A stretch of 63,217 bases of DNA, filler included, from Craspedostauros australis (lineage: Eukaryota): the NCBI GenBank assembly GCA_030167865.1. It is 13 parts of 13 records of this genome, joined end to end, with 100 filler letters (N's around TTAATTAATTAA, not from the genome) between each part and the next. Parts side by side here need not be neighbours in the genome. Positions count along the whole stretch, not along the records: positions 1 to 7,392 come from JALAGF010006136.1; positions 7,493 to 9,693 come from JALAGF010006137.1; positions 9,794 to 15,147 come from JALAGF010006138.1; 10 more parts are not named here. One strand, given 5' to 3'. The translations under genes and the position numbers were made by a program. Each line of letters begins with the position of its first letter. Position 1 is the first letter of the stretch. This document shows positions 1-12,700 of this stretch, in pieces. The notes under the pieces were generated by a model that was not told the origin of the DNA, did no database searches, and saw only the letters and a program-made list of their open reading frames with translations.

Positions 1-1
1 G

Positions 2-3000
2 GCCGGATTGCTCTGGGCATGCCCGAGCTCCGCATTTCAGATGGCAAGGCCTGTCATCCCGCGTGCCGCAGCTATGCGCAAGGTCAACATCGCTCCGTTG
101 ATGGATAGCAAGGGGCTGCTCGAAGAGCCCACCACGGAACCCAATGGTGTGCCTGCCGACGAGGATATGGATTTCTACAGTTCCCTCCTTGACCAAGCAA
201 ATACCCCTCTCGGCGACAGATCAACCATCGCTGACGAAACAGATGAGTCCGTCGAGGGAGAATTCGCGAGTTTCGAAGACGTTGAGGTCCTCACGGAGAC
301 TTCCGAGATGGACGTCGAGCAGGCGGAGCTCCTCTACGAACTGCTTGACGGATTCCAAGCCCCCGACGACAAAACGGAGCCAACATCCGCATTCGGCGCG
401 GTCAAGTCCGGAGCGGCCACAACGAAGGCCGAGGACAAGGCCGAGATCATGCAGAAATTCGTTTCGATGAAACCCAAAGAACCCCCCAGACTCCAGAGGG
501 TCGTGAACGAAGGTGGCCTTTTGGCCATCCTCGTCTTCCCACTCGCCGCGATCGAAGCATCTTCGCAAGCATCCGTCGCGTACCTCGTGCAGTTCTGGAA
601 AGCCAACACGCCTCCTCTTGTTCGGCTGCTCCTCCGGTTGGCCATCAAGGATTTGCGTCGCGGTCAGCTCGGCAGGGACTGGGCGCAGTTGATCTTCGAC
701 TTCGCATTCTACCCAGCCGTCCTCAGCGCTTACAGCGAAGGCAAGAGCGGCGGAAGCGGTTCCGGCATCATCACATTCCTCAAGGAGAAGCTGCCAGACG
801 CCTTGTATCGCAATGCCACATACGACTACGGAACATACGGCGGGCACGACGAGGTACGTGCATTCATGGTGGAGGACACAGATTGCGTTTCTACTTGGGA
901 GCAATCGCACCAACCTTGATGAACATGAAATATGACGACTCTGCGCTCCCGCACACTCACATATGTGACAAACTGTATACACCTTCATTTCTCCTCTGCT
1001 TCACGTCTCCTCTTCGACCCATCCATTCCTCGTATCTTCGATATCATTCCCACCCGTCGGTTTCTATTCATTGCCCCACCACACCCTTCTCCATTATGGA
1101 ACAACCGCAGTATCCGGATTTCAACACAACGAAGTTGATGAAGAAGGTCGAAGGCGTACCGCATGTCGAGTACTGGTTCTCCTTCAAGAAGTTTGCAAGA
1201 GTGATCGCCGGTGCCTTGAAGACCCAGGCCGGAATCGCCGTGAACCCGCTCACTATCAATGACATCGCCACGAAGGAGAACTACGAGAAAATCTTCAAGG
1301 CCAAGGGACCGCTCGGTATGGAAGTGGACAATCCATTCCTCAAGCTCCCAGAACACGCATTCAGCCATTGGAAGGAGGACCAGGAGTTTGCACGCCAATT
1401 CTTGAACGGCGTCAACCCAGTCATGATCGAAGTCGTCAAGGACAGTAAGATGCTCACACCAGAACTTCGCAACTTCTTCGAAAAGGAAGGAATCGTCAAC
1501 CTCGAGGCCCTTGCCAAGGCCAATAAGCTCTTTTACGTGGACTACATCGGCTTGGACGATCTCGAGAAAAACCCTCACCAGGCATATCCGGAGGTGTACA
1601 ACAACGTCAACACCACTCAGGACCAAGAAATCTTGGACCGCGTCGGAAAGGAGCCGCGCTACTTCAAGGCCCCGATGATCCTCTTCCGCCAGACCCAGAA
1701 TCTCAAGAATATCGAGATCATGGCCATCCAGCTTGATCGCGAAGCTGATTCCAAGGTTTACACAGTCGGGAATTCCAACGAGACCGAATGGTTGTTCGCC
1801 AAGACTACCGTCGCGGCCGCAGATTCTCAATACCATGAGGTAAGCATGCGATACGTCGTTCCACGATGTACCGTGCGGTGGGGCGCAATGTTATGCAGTG
1901 CTGTACTGTACAGCGTACTGGTGATGCTATCCGTTCAAAAATATTTGCAGCTGTGGCAACATCATTCTGCAGAGAGTTGTGTGTTCGGCTGTCGATGTCC
2001 AATCTATCAGAGACCGATGCCTGTTTCCATCGGCCACACTTTGTCGACATCACACTCACAACGCCAAACATATCCCATTCAACATCTCCCTGCCCTCCTT
2101 TCCTGGTCTCCCTCTACCCTTGCGTCCAACATTTCGCACTTCGACAGTGGGTGAGCCATCTTGGAAAGACCCACTTGACCATGGAGCCGCACATCATCGC
2201 CATCCACAACACCCTGCGCAGATACAACCACAAGATCTATCCATTCGTCAGACCAATGTGCCGCGACACCCTTCTTCTCAACTTCGCGGCGCGTGATACT
2301 TTGGTTGCTTTTGGGCCAAACAGCTTTGGTGATTACATGACATCTGTCGGAACTGGCCAGTTCATGTTGCTCATTTACAAGTACTGGAAGGATTACGACT
2401 TCTTCAAGTCTTCCGCCTTCGACGAAGAGCTGGAAGGGCGCGGATTCACCGACNNNNNNNNNNNNNNNNNNNNNNNNNNNNNNNNNNNNNNNNNNNNNNN
2501 NNNCACATCATCGCCATCCACAACACCCTGCGCAGATACAACCACAAGATCTATCCATTCGTCAGACCAATGTGCCGTGACACCCTTTTTCTCAACTTCG
2601 CGGCGCGTGATACTTTGGCCGCTTTTGCACCAAACAGCCTTGGTGATTACATGACATCCGTCGGAACTGGCCAGTTCATGGTACTCATTTACAAGTACTG
2701 GAAGGATTACGACTTCTTCAAGTCTTCCGCCTTCGACGAAGAGCTGGAAGGGCGCGGATTCACCGACGATGTGAAGCTCGACAACTACCGCTACCGCAAC
2801 GATGGCAAGGAGCTTTGGGAGGCATACGGCTTCTTTGCAACTCAGTATGTCGATGAGTGCTACCAAAACGACACGGAAGTCAGAGGCGACGCCGTCCTGC
2901 AATTGTGGGCTCACGAAACCACTGCTGAGGACCGTGCTTTCATCNCTGGATTCCCAAAGAGATTCGAGTCCAAACCTCAGTTGGCCCGCACCCTGCAAAC

Positions 3001-3660
3001 GCTGTTCTGGATCTGCAGCGGATTCCACGCTGCCGTCAACTTCCCACAATACGATGTAAGTGCAACTCGAATATGGACCGTGCTGTGACTTGGTTGTATG
3101 CATTGACGCACATGCATATTTTTATGAATACGATGTCTTGCCCCCCTCTGTGCCCACGACGCCACACGAAACCACACCGCATCCCCTCACACCACGCCTC
3201 ACATCATTACATCATCACATCCGATCTCCCTTGCACTGTTGACTCCCCATTCCACATGTCCCATTCGACATCTNNNNNNNNNNNNNNNNNNNNCCACCGC
3301 CACGCACAGTACTATGCGTACCAAGGCAACAAGCCACTCGGAATGCGCAAGTCCTTCGAACAGTGGAAGAGCGCAAAGGGAAGCGAACGCTGGATGTTCG
3401 AAGAGGCCATGCCGAACCTGGAAAGCGCACAGAAGGCAGCCACGACCGTGCAACTTCTCACCCTGTCATCCAAGAACACCATCCTGGACCTCGACAACAA
3501 CTTCTCTGTGCGCGGAAAGAGTGCGTACGGCACGTTCAAGAAGAACATGAACAGAATCGCGAGCAAGATCGAGTTGCGCACCAAGGAGGACGAACGTACC
3601 GGCGAGCCGAAGTACGAGTACCTCAAGCCAGAGAATATCCCTGCATCGATCGACATCTAA
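2..3660 (+). CDS. LOX: Lipoxygenase, 4 exons (about <2-853, 1111-1839, 2148-3055, 3310-3660); 5' end may lie upstream of the window
   Basis: Phase-0 GT..AG introns at 854-1110, 1840-2147 and 3056-3309 join the ORFs in frame. The spliced protein has WKEDQEFARQFLNGVNP, the His cluster YHE|WVSHLGKTHLTMEP, FHAAVNFPQY and the C-terminus IPASIDI*. Segment 2504-2753 repeats about 2190-2453 across an N gap. Confidence 0.95.
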
Positions 3661-4106
3661 TTCATGAGCATTCATTCAAGCTCAGATCCACACGATAAAT
3701 CCAATTGAGCCACACTGACAAATCCTTGTGTGGGAGTGTTGTCCATTGTCGTTCTGCGCCGTTCTGCGTTGTTCAGCATGAGGTATGAAATGCATCAAGT
3801 CAGCCCCTTGGTATCCCTCTGTCCAGGCTCGCGCACGAAGCACAGGTCTCCGCGCGCTGAGTGGTGAAACCAATGATGGTCATTTTTGCCAGTTTGAACG
3901 AAGTGTTCTGTTCACATATCCCTTGCTCAGTATCATTTTGGGAAAATGAAGCCAACTTTTAGCATATCTCGATGGAAGGAACTCAATTTAGAGAATCACA
4001 TGAACGCAGGACAGACATAAATGGTGATCACTGACAGAGTTCTCCAACAGATCCAATGGGAAATGGCGCCAAAGGAAACTTCAAAACCGAATGGTATCTT
4101 GATCCA

Positions 4107-4874
4107 TGTTGGAAATCCGGGGTTATAGTTAGTACTGTGATCTAATCTGCTGTTAGAAACTGTACCGTTTTAGAACTGTGAGCACAATCTCACTTTCTCT
4201 TCCGATTTCATTTTTCATTGTAGGCATCTGTCGCGGTGGCGACACGGGGCGTCCTGTTGTTTCTTAGGTGCTTCTCTCCCCATTCATCATGCTCTGTTCT
4301 TGCTTCCTTGTCTTGGCATTGATGTTGCTTGCCTCTGCATCGTTGTAGCTGTCTACGCTAGCATGGTAGGGATCTGCAGTCCTGAGCACTTGCCTATCTC
4401 ATGTTTCCGTCGTTGATCTCATGACGCCATCGTCCCACGATCGATGTCAGCCTTGGTGATGTTCCAAACCTGCGGATGTTCTGATCCTTTCCGATGTTCC
4501 AAACCTCCGGATGTTCTTTTCCGTAGGAGGGGCGCGTGCTGTCCTCTGAAGGGGGTGCGTCACTTGCCCATCAACCTGCTGTCTTGATCGACGTCGTCGT
4601 CTGCATGGTTGCCATGGTTGGTTTGGTATTGGGACCTCCTGATCCGCCATGGGTGTCGTCCTTACGTTACCTGAGGACAGACTACCCTCCTCGCGGTAGT
4701 ACAGGTGTCAATCACGTCCGTGTCCTTAGTCATAGTCATAATGACATGGTATACAAAGATGTGACAAATAGTCTCCGAACATGTGACGAATAATATTCAA
4801 AGCTGTGACGAATAATGTTGAAAGGGGCGGCAACCACGGGTATTCTGACAAAGTTGTACCCTCGATTCCTAACA
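4107..4874 (+). mobile_element. Isolated LTR, family B (TGTTGGAAATCCGGGG...GATTCCTAACA)
   Basis: TG..CA termini. The same 5' end recurs at 39215, 40610, 41684(rc) and 51133(rc); the same 3' end recurs at 40046 and 40807(rc). Confidence 0.7.
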
Positions 4875-6340
4875 GAGGTTTAGTTGGGAAGTACCTCGAG
4901 ATTCTCTTGGTACCATTGATGGATGGACGGACGATATGTCCAATTCTCTCAGAAATCGTCGATTGCAAGTTTCCTCCAGAAATTCTGCTTATTTTCGTGT
5001 GTTCCATTTCCACTGTAATTCTGACGAATCACAGAATACTATCTGCACGAATGTAGTTATACCGTCCAAGTGCGTATGAGAGAATAACGGGTGAACGGTG
5101 CACATATATACGTACATCTCGACATATACTCACATGTACATCTCGGCATATATATAGCAGAGTGGCTGCTAGCCGTGACACATGGCAAGCCGCATATGGA
5201 GGCCACCGTTTCTCCAGAGCATCCAGCATGGCTGCGTCATACACCATCTGCATCCAACCGTGTCTGGCATGACCACATGCCTGGCACGCCTCACAGGAGT
5301 CACTGCAAGGGCAGCTGGCACTGTCACACGTGTCTCGCACATGTATATTTTATATGTACAGGCATACACAATTGGATGAAACCACACAGCAAGGCAAGAC
5401 CTGCCAACATTATTCGTTCCCACTACATGACTCATGTGGAATAAACGAGGTGGTACAAAAGCACCTGCGGCACATAGTCATGATTATAGTCTATATGGTA
5501 CAACAACAACAACAGAAAAAGAACTGTACAGAGCATGCATGGGGAGGAAGAGAGAAGCAACTTGCATTGCCAGTATGGTGGGCTGGACTACTATAAGTTG
5601 CCACAGGGAGGACTGTCGTGAAGTGTGGATGCGAAATACGGACGAAGTTGCAATGGATGATGGGAGTTGAGATTCAATAAAGGACAGACTATTACCGGAC
5701 ACGGTATCCACCTCCGATAGGAGAAATTCTTGTTTTGGCGCGAAATCTTCCGACTTGATCGACCACCAAATCTTTTCTCCCCCTTTTCTCTCCTCCATTC
5801 ATGAATCCATCAAAACTCAAAACATGGCCGACCTGACTCACATCTCACCTTGGGAACTATTTGCTCCTCAGATCCTTTCACTACAACATACCTCGATTCT
5901 CTCAATGCCAACGACTACCACATCATCACCATAGTCTTGGTGCGTGTATCCACCCTGCTTCAACTCAAGCAAGGGAATCCAAGAGTGAACTTCAACCACA
6001 GCCATTGCTTCATGACCACCACCATTGAGTGTCATGATCTACACTGCAGTGTGTCTATGCATAAGGAGAGCAAGGAGCTGTAATCATTGCCTGCCCTCAA
6101 AGCACTGAACCAAGTACATCAGTGCAGGGCCCTACCAAGCCGTGTGACATTGTTTCTTCATCCTACCAAACACTACTAACTATCTCATAATAAACAGACA
6201 GAGATTAGTACCAAAGCACTCATCTACTCATTGTTACAAGTAACACATCCTCAATCCAGTACACCCCTCTTGAACTGCATCAAACGGTTATCTCGAAACT
6301 GGCAGAATCACGAGGCATCTCCTACCGATTCGTGTCGACT
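4875..6340 (-). mobile_element. Diverged, interrupted copy of long LTR family A
   Basis: 4875-5000 matches about 31323-31450. Segments near 5730 and 5950 resemble 31520 and 31750. 6250-6340 matches 15248-15335. Confidence 0.55.
5000..5148 (-). mobile_element. About 149-bp short LTR-like repeat, family C (TGTCGAGA...GGAACA)
   Basis: Near-identical copies at 32194-32342 and 50479-50557, and a diverged piece near 60490-60545. TG..CA ends. Confidence 0.7.
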
Positions 6341-6725
6341 GGGCCGTCTCCTTGTGAATGGTGCCCTGGAGTCGTATGGGTCGTCTGTATCAACCAGTCA
6401 ATTATGTCCAGAAATGACCCGATTCGAACGAAGAGCAAGAAAATTGAGAAAATATCAACAATGGGCGCACTTTCTATTCTTTCCAAGTCGCATGTACATA
6501 AAAACGCCGTTTTCCCTTCCCCCATGGCATAGTGGCCAACACCGACCAACATGGAAAACAGAGAATCAACACAGCAACAGACACAAGCGCTGGTGTTGTG
6601 TCGCCATCTGAGTCCACCTGCGCCAGCACCAACACAAAGATGCGCAGAGACATTACTGTTACGATCGTGGAGAGGGTTGGTGTGGATTGTGGACTACTTC
6701 ATCGAAATCCATGTTCCTGTTCTTA

Positions 6726-6795
6726 TTCATTCACGTTCATATTCACGTTCATATTCACATTCATATTCACGTTCATATTCACATTCATATTCATG
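6726..6795. repeat. 12-bp tandem repeat (ATTCAC[G/A]TTCAT)n, about 5-6 units
   Basis: Directly visible. Confidence 0.9.
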
Positions 6796-7134
6796 TCATC
6801 CATCATTCAAGATCTGGGGTGCACTACGACCTCCACGTACGCGTATAGTACATGCGAGTATGCTCATGCCGCCGTGCTCCTCGAAAAGGACCACAGGAAT
6901 AAACATTCACGTGCACACGTTCGTGAAGGCACGCTGCAGCCCTATAACCAAGTGAGGCCGTCAGCGAACCAGAGCATCATTTTTCAGTCTCGCTCATCCT
7001 CGCTCATCATGCCGTGCGCACTGACCCAGCAGGGGTTTGCGATTGGTGGTGCTCTGTGCTTCGGTTGATAGTGCTGGGTACACATTGTCCGAGAGCTCTC
7101 AGCCTCCATTGGAGCCAGCACATTGTCACTTGTC

Positions 7135-7356
7135 TTACACGCGAGGAGAATCCTCTTCATCCTCTTCCTTTCCTTCGGGATCCTCCATGCCCTTGTTGGA
7201 GATACCGTCGCCTTCCGAACCCTCATCGCCGTCCTTGACTGCTACTCCAGCCGCGGCGGCAGCTCGGAGATCGGTCTGAGAGAATCGATGGGAGAATTGA
7301 CGGGACAAGCGTTCCGCCATCAAAGCGCGGTCATTGCTGGCGGCGTCGTACTCGTC
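7135..7356 (-). CDS. Possible terminal exon of an unidentified gene truncated by the scaffold end
   Basis: A pyrimidine tract and CAG precede an acidic ORF (CHDEYDAASNDRALMAERLSRQF...EEDSPRV*) with coding-like composition. No family recognised. Confidence 0.3.
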   Translation of the reverse strand, partial: DEYDAASNDRALMAERLSRQFSHRFSQTDLRAAAAAGVAVKDGDEGSEGDGISNKGMEDPEGKEEDEEDSPRV

Positions 7357-7436
7357 ATGGCACTGCATGCGAAGAAAGAGTGAACGGCAACANNNNNNNN
7401 NNNNNNNNNNNNNNNNNNNNNNNNNNNNNNNNNNNN

Positions 7437-7448
7437 TTAATTAATTAA
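7437..7448. other. Artificial scaffold spacer TTAATTAATTAA within N runs (also at 9738, 15192, 20313, 23038, 28770, 30284, 34966, 44772, 50602, 57210, 58742)
   Basis: Identical 12-mer with stops in all six frames, each flanked by about 44 Ns. It divides the window into 13 pieces whose adjacency is artificial. Confidence 0.97.
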
Positions 7449-7492
7449 NNNNNNNNNNNNNNNNNNNNNNNNNNNNNNNNNNNNNNNNNNNN

Positions 7493-9693
7493 CAAGGAAC
7501 TACGAGACAGGACTCCTCATCTACCACATCGGAGAATGGGTCAGATCCATCGAAGTTGAAGAGGAATCCACTCTTGAATCTACCCTTGACGCGATGTTCA
7601 CCGACACGGACACCACCGCCAAAGCCATGGCAGACTTCTGCCGTTCCGAACGATGCGGCAAACGCCANNNNNNNNNNNNNNNNNNNNNNNNNNNNNNNNN
7701 NNNNNNNNNNNNNNNNNNNNNNNNNNNNNNNNNNNNNNNNNNNTCTGGGTCAGAAGCATCTACCCATAGAACCGGACGCGACAACGACAGCCACCAAGGA
7801 GGAACCCCATCTGGGCTCTCCCTCATGCTTGGTGGGAACACACCGCACCGTACCCCACCCGACTTCCCGAACGAAACCCAACTCTCCAGCATCGCCAAGC
7901 AAGGATCACAGAACACGTCGCCAGTGATCATCGACACCCGTGGTACCACCCCGCCCAACGAAGACACCGAACCAGGCACTGACTACGACCAACACCCTGG
8001 TAACGACGAAACCGTTGACGCACCCGACAACCGCGGTCCCACAGGACGGAACCGACTCTTCCCCAACGTAGACCCCGCGACGATCGGCGACTACAACCGC
8101 AACCCAACCGGCGCCAAGGTAGTAACCTTCGCCCCCGAAACAACCGCCAGAGGTCCAGGAGGGACCAACGCACCCCAGATGAACTACCCAGAGAACGACG
8201 GGAACCATCCACCCCACGATCGGAACCCGCATCCCTACCACGGTACCGCGGATACACCAGCCTCACATGGCGTGGGTAACTATCGAGGTAACAACGGACA
8301 CGGACCCGTGAACCGAAACCCTGCCAGCAACCCACCCGCGAACCATGGGACAGACCGCCCGCACCGTGACAACCATGGACCNNNNNNNNNNNNNNNNNNN
8401 NNNNNNNNNNNNNNNNNNNNNNNNNNNNNNNACGACAGCCACCAAGGAGGAACCCCATCTGGGCTCTCCCTCATGCTTGGTGGGAACACACCGCACCGTA
8501 CCCCACCCGACTTCCAGAACGAAACCCAACTCTCCAGCATCGCCAAGCAAGGATCACAAAACACGTCGCCAGTGATCATCGACACCCGTGGTACCACTCC
8601 GCCCAACGAAGACACCGAACCAGGCACNGACTACGACCAACACCCTGGTAACGACGAAACCGTNGACGNACCCGACAACCGCGGNCCCACAGGACGGAAC
8701 CGACTCTTCCCCAACGTAGACCCCGCGACGATCGGCGACTACAACCGCAACCCAACCGGCGCCAAGGTAGTAACCTTCGCCCCCGAAACAACCGACAGAG
8801 GTCCAGGAGGGACCAACGGACCCCGGATGAACTACCCAGAGAACGACGGGAACCATCCACCCCACGATCGGAACCCGCATCCCTACCACGGTACCGCAGA
8901 TACACCAGCCTCACATGGCGTGGGTAACTATCGAGGTAACAACGGACACGGACCCGTGAACCGAAACCCTGCCAGCAACCCACCCGCGAACCATGGGACA
9001 GACCGCCCGCACCGTGACAACCATGGACCGCCAATTAACCATGGACACAACAACGGTAATCCGTATGGGTATCCCCCTAACCCGGGAAACCAACTCCCTC
9101 ATGGCCCACCGATTCCGATGTACCACGGAACCCACCCAGGAGGATTCCCGCCCATTGGAATCCCTATCCCCATGGGCCATTTTCCCCATGGAGCCGGAGG
9201 TTTTTCAATGCCACAAGGAGCCTTCACCCCCGTTGGACCCCCTCACCCCGGGTATCCACCACGACCACCTGCGTATGGGTACCGCCCAACCGATCCCAAT
9301 GGAGGTTTCGGAAGACATGACCCACGCAACATGGGCCCAAACACCCCACACGGGCGACGCGAACCCGGGTATACACCCCATCGTGGACCCACTCGCGGCG
9401 AACCACCAGTCGCCCAGGTCAAGCTAGCGAAACGACGCCCCATCCCTGACTCCGTCAAGTTCACGAGTGATGCGGCATCCTTCCAAGTGGTGAAACACCA
9501 AATCCATGCCCACCTCCTTGGAAACGACATGGCGTACCTGATCAACGACCAGTTCCGGCACCGATACCATTCCCAAGGAATCCACGCAATCAAGGACCAC
9601 ATTGACCCAGTGACTGGAGTGCCAACAACCACATCACCAGAACAGGTCGCGAGCGACGTCAGGACCCTATTCGCGGGACTATATTCCGTCTTC
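7493..9693 (+). mobile_element. Probable gag N-terminal region of a diatom copia element (Pro/Gly/Asn-rich, followed by a globular part)
   Basis: Long open frame with a low-complexity region, then VKFTSDAASFQVVKHQIHAHLLGNDMAYL. About 600 bp is duplicated across an N gap. Confidence 0.5.
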
Positions 9694-9793
9694 NNNNNNN
9701 NNNNNNNNNNNNNNNNNNNNNNNNNNNNNNNNNNNNNTTAATTAATTAANNNNNNNNNNNNNNNNNNNNNNNNNNNNNNNNNNNNNNNNNNNN

Positions 9794-12700
9794 CAGGTAC
9801 TCGTACGCCAACAACGCCATTCAAAATCCAAGCGCCAACGTCCTCGAGCAACACAAGGGTTTCTCCAAGAACGACGGGAAGAGAAACAACTCCAAGAAGC
9901 CCAAGGAACGCGACGCCAAACGCAACGCCGGCCAGGGTTGGTCGTCCAAAGCTCCCAAGCCCGGTGAACCACAGCGCAAGCTTGTCAACGACAAGACGTT
10001 CATGTGGTGCGCCAAGTGCCGCCGCTGGCGTCTCTCGCACAACACCGAGAGNNNNNNNNNNNNNNNNNNNNNNNNNNNNNNNNNNNNNNNNNNNNNNNNN
10101 NNNNNNNNNNNNNNNNNNNNNNNNNNNNNNNNNNNNNNNNNNNNNNNNNNNNNNNNNNNNNNNCAAGACGAAGACACCTGGTGGTCCCTCATCTGGAACC
10201 TCTTCACCTCCTTCAACTACTTCGGTAGCATCGTTGGAATGGTTCTCCTCTTCGCTTCACTCCAAGTCATCACCATCGGAGTAGAGTATGGGTGGTACAT
10301 CGCAGCAGCTAATGCCTGGATGCTAATCGCCGTAACTCTACTCCTCCTTCACACGAACGTTCCACGAAGACCCGAATTAATCAACTCTACTGATTTAGCC
10401 TATAACAAGGCACGAATCAAGGAACGGTTCAAGCAAGTGCACAAACGTCCCACACACTTCAATGGAGCTGTGAAACGCAGTCTCTACGACCTCGTGATGG
10501 AAAGCCTTGACCCAGATGGACCCAAACCNNNNNNNNNNNNNNNNNNNNNNNNNNNNNNNNNNNNNNNNNNNNNNNNNNNNNNNNNNCGGACCAAAACTCG
10601 CAATCACAGATCAAAACGTCGTTACTGGAACCAGTCGAAAACTTCCACTTATGGTAAAAACCAACCATTCACGACTGCAAAATTGCCCCGCCAGGAAGGT
10701 CGCACCTCATCCATCTCACGAAACCTTTGGAGCCTGTACCCAACTCGCGGAATCGACTTGATGCATGATCGAAACCAAAAGCAACAATGTGACTATGACA
10801 TGCCCGCACTACTCACTCTACAAGGTCTAGCCTCCTACTTCTCCAATCGCAATGCTTTCGCATCTCCAGCTAAAGCTGAGAGTTATCTCTCGCCCGATGC
10901 TCCATTCGAACTTGTATGGGACAGCGGAGCGTCAATCTCTGTGACAAATGACCTCAACNNNNNNNNNNNNNNNNNNNNNNNNNNNNNNNNACCGACCTTT
11001 CTCAACGGATTCCTCAAGAAAATCCAAGTGAATGCGTTGGGAACCGTCGAATGGTATGTCCTTGATGTAACTGGAAGCCCTCGCAAGTTGCGACTGCCTG
11101 CTTTCCATGTTCCCGAATCAAAGGTCAAGCTAATCAGCACTTCCAGTCTCCTTGAAGAGTATCAGGGCGAGACAATCGTATTCAACAAGTCCTCCTGCAA
11201 ACTCAGCGGAATCCTGGGAAACGACGATCGCAATGCAATCGTAGCGAACTACAAGAAGTCCACAAGGCNNNNNNNNNNNNNNNNNNNNNNNNNNNNNNNN
11301 NNNNNNNNNNNNNNNNNNTGAGAGTTATCTCTCGCCCGATGCTCCATTCGAACTTGTATGGGACAGCGGAGCGTCAATCTCTGTGACAAATGACCTCAAC
11401 GACTTCTGTTCTACTCCAAGTCCTCCACCAAGACCGACCTTTCTCAACGGATTCCTCAAGAAAATCCAAGTGAATGCGTTGGGAACCNNNNNNNNNNNNN
11501 NNNNNNNNNNNNNNNNNNNNNNNNNNNNNNNNNNNNNNNNNNNNNNNNNNNNNNNNNNNNNNNNNNNNNNNNNNNNNNNNNNNNNNNNNNNNNNNNNNNN
11601 NNNNNNNNNNNNNNNNNNNNNNNNNNNNNNNNNNNNNNNNAAACTCAGCGGAATCCTGGGAAACGACGATCGCAATGCAATCGTAGCGAACTACAAGAAG
11701 TCCACAAGGCTGCCAACATCCGTCGGCTACAGCGCCGACAACATCCATGATGTACCAGCTGCACTAACATCCATCGTCTCTACCGTATCGGACCACAACG
11801 TGAATCTCACCCAACCGCAAAAGGAACTTCTTCGGTGGCACTATCGTCTCGGACACTTATCCTTCAGTCGAGTGAAGTTCCTGCTGCGTTCGGGTNNNNN
11901 NNNNNNNNNNNNNNNNNNNNNNNNNNNNNNNNNNNNNNNNNNNNNNNNNNNNNNNNNNNNNNNNNNNNNNNNNNNNNNNNNNNNNNNNNNNNNNNNNNNN
12001 NNNNNNNNNNNNNNNNNNNNNNNNNNNNNNNNNNNNNNNNNNNNNNNNNNNNNNNNNNNNNNNTTGTTCCCAGGACAACAAGTATCAGTGGACCACTTCG
12101 TCGGTCGAACACCAGGACGCCTCTTCTCAGGACGAGGCAAAGGTGATCCAAACGAAATGTACAAAGGTGGCGCTATCTTCGTCGATCACGCCTCTGGATA
12201 CATTCATGTGGAACCAGTAGCAGCGCTAACCACGCACGCTACTCTCGAGGCCAAGGAACGGTTCGAACTGATGTGTCGAGATGTGGGAGTCCCCGTGCGA
12301 TCCCATCTATCGGATAACGCAACCACCTTCACCTCGCCCGAATACTCCAAACACCTTGAGATATTCCATCAAGTCCATCGATTCGCAGGTGTCGGCGCAC
12401 ATCACCACAATGGAATCGCCGAGCNNNNNNNNNNNNNNNNNNNNNNNNNNNNNNNNNNNNNNNNNNNNNNNNNNNNNNNNNNNNNNNNNNNNNNNNNNNN
12501 NNNNNNNNNNNNNNNNNNNNNNNNNNNNNNNNNNNNNNNNNNNNNNNNNNNNNNNNNNNNNNNNNNNNNNNNNNNNNNNNNNNNNGATGTTCTGTCACGC
12601 ATCCGTCTTCCCCTCAAGCAACTTCATAACCTGCACGTATGGGGCAGTCCAGTCTATGTCCTTAACAAAGCATTGGCCGACGGGCGCAAGATACCCCGAT

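Noticed and set aside
221..1836. Long antisense ORFs (221-988, 985-1836; also 16569-17351, 24932-25738, 35979-36764, 43638-44393, 57442-58305)
   Set aside because: These are shadow frames caused by the codon bias of genuine genes on the opposite strand.
2190..2753. Apparent tandem duplications (in LOX; also 7783-9030, 20369-21546, 42069-42950, 45377-46930, 48800-50115, 57266-58360, 62540-62730)
   Set aside because: Each pair straddles an N gap and differs mainly by scattered SNPs. They are best explained as unmerged haplotype or paralogue overlaps in the assembly.
6532..7068. ORFs with FIFT/SYSR repeats
   Set aside because: They are translations of a 12-bp minisatellite, with no other coding evidence.
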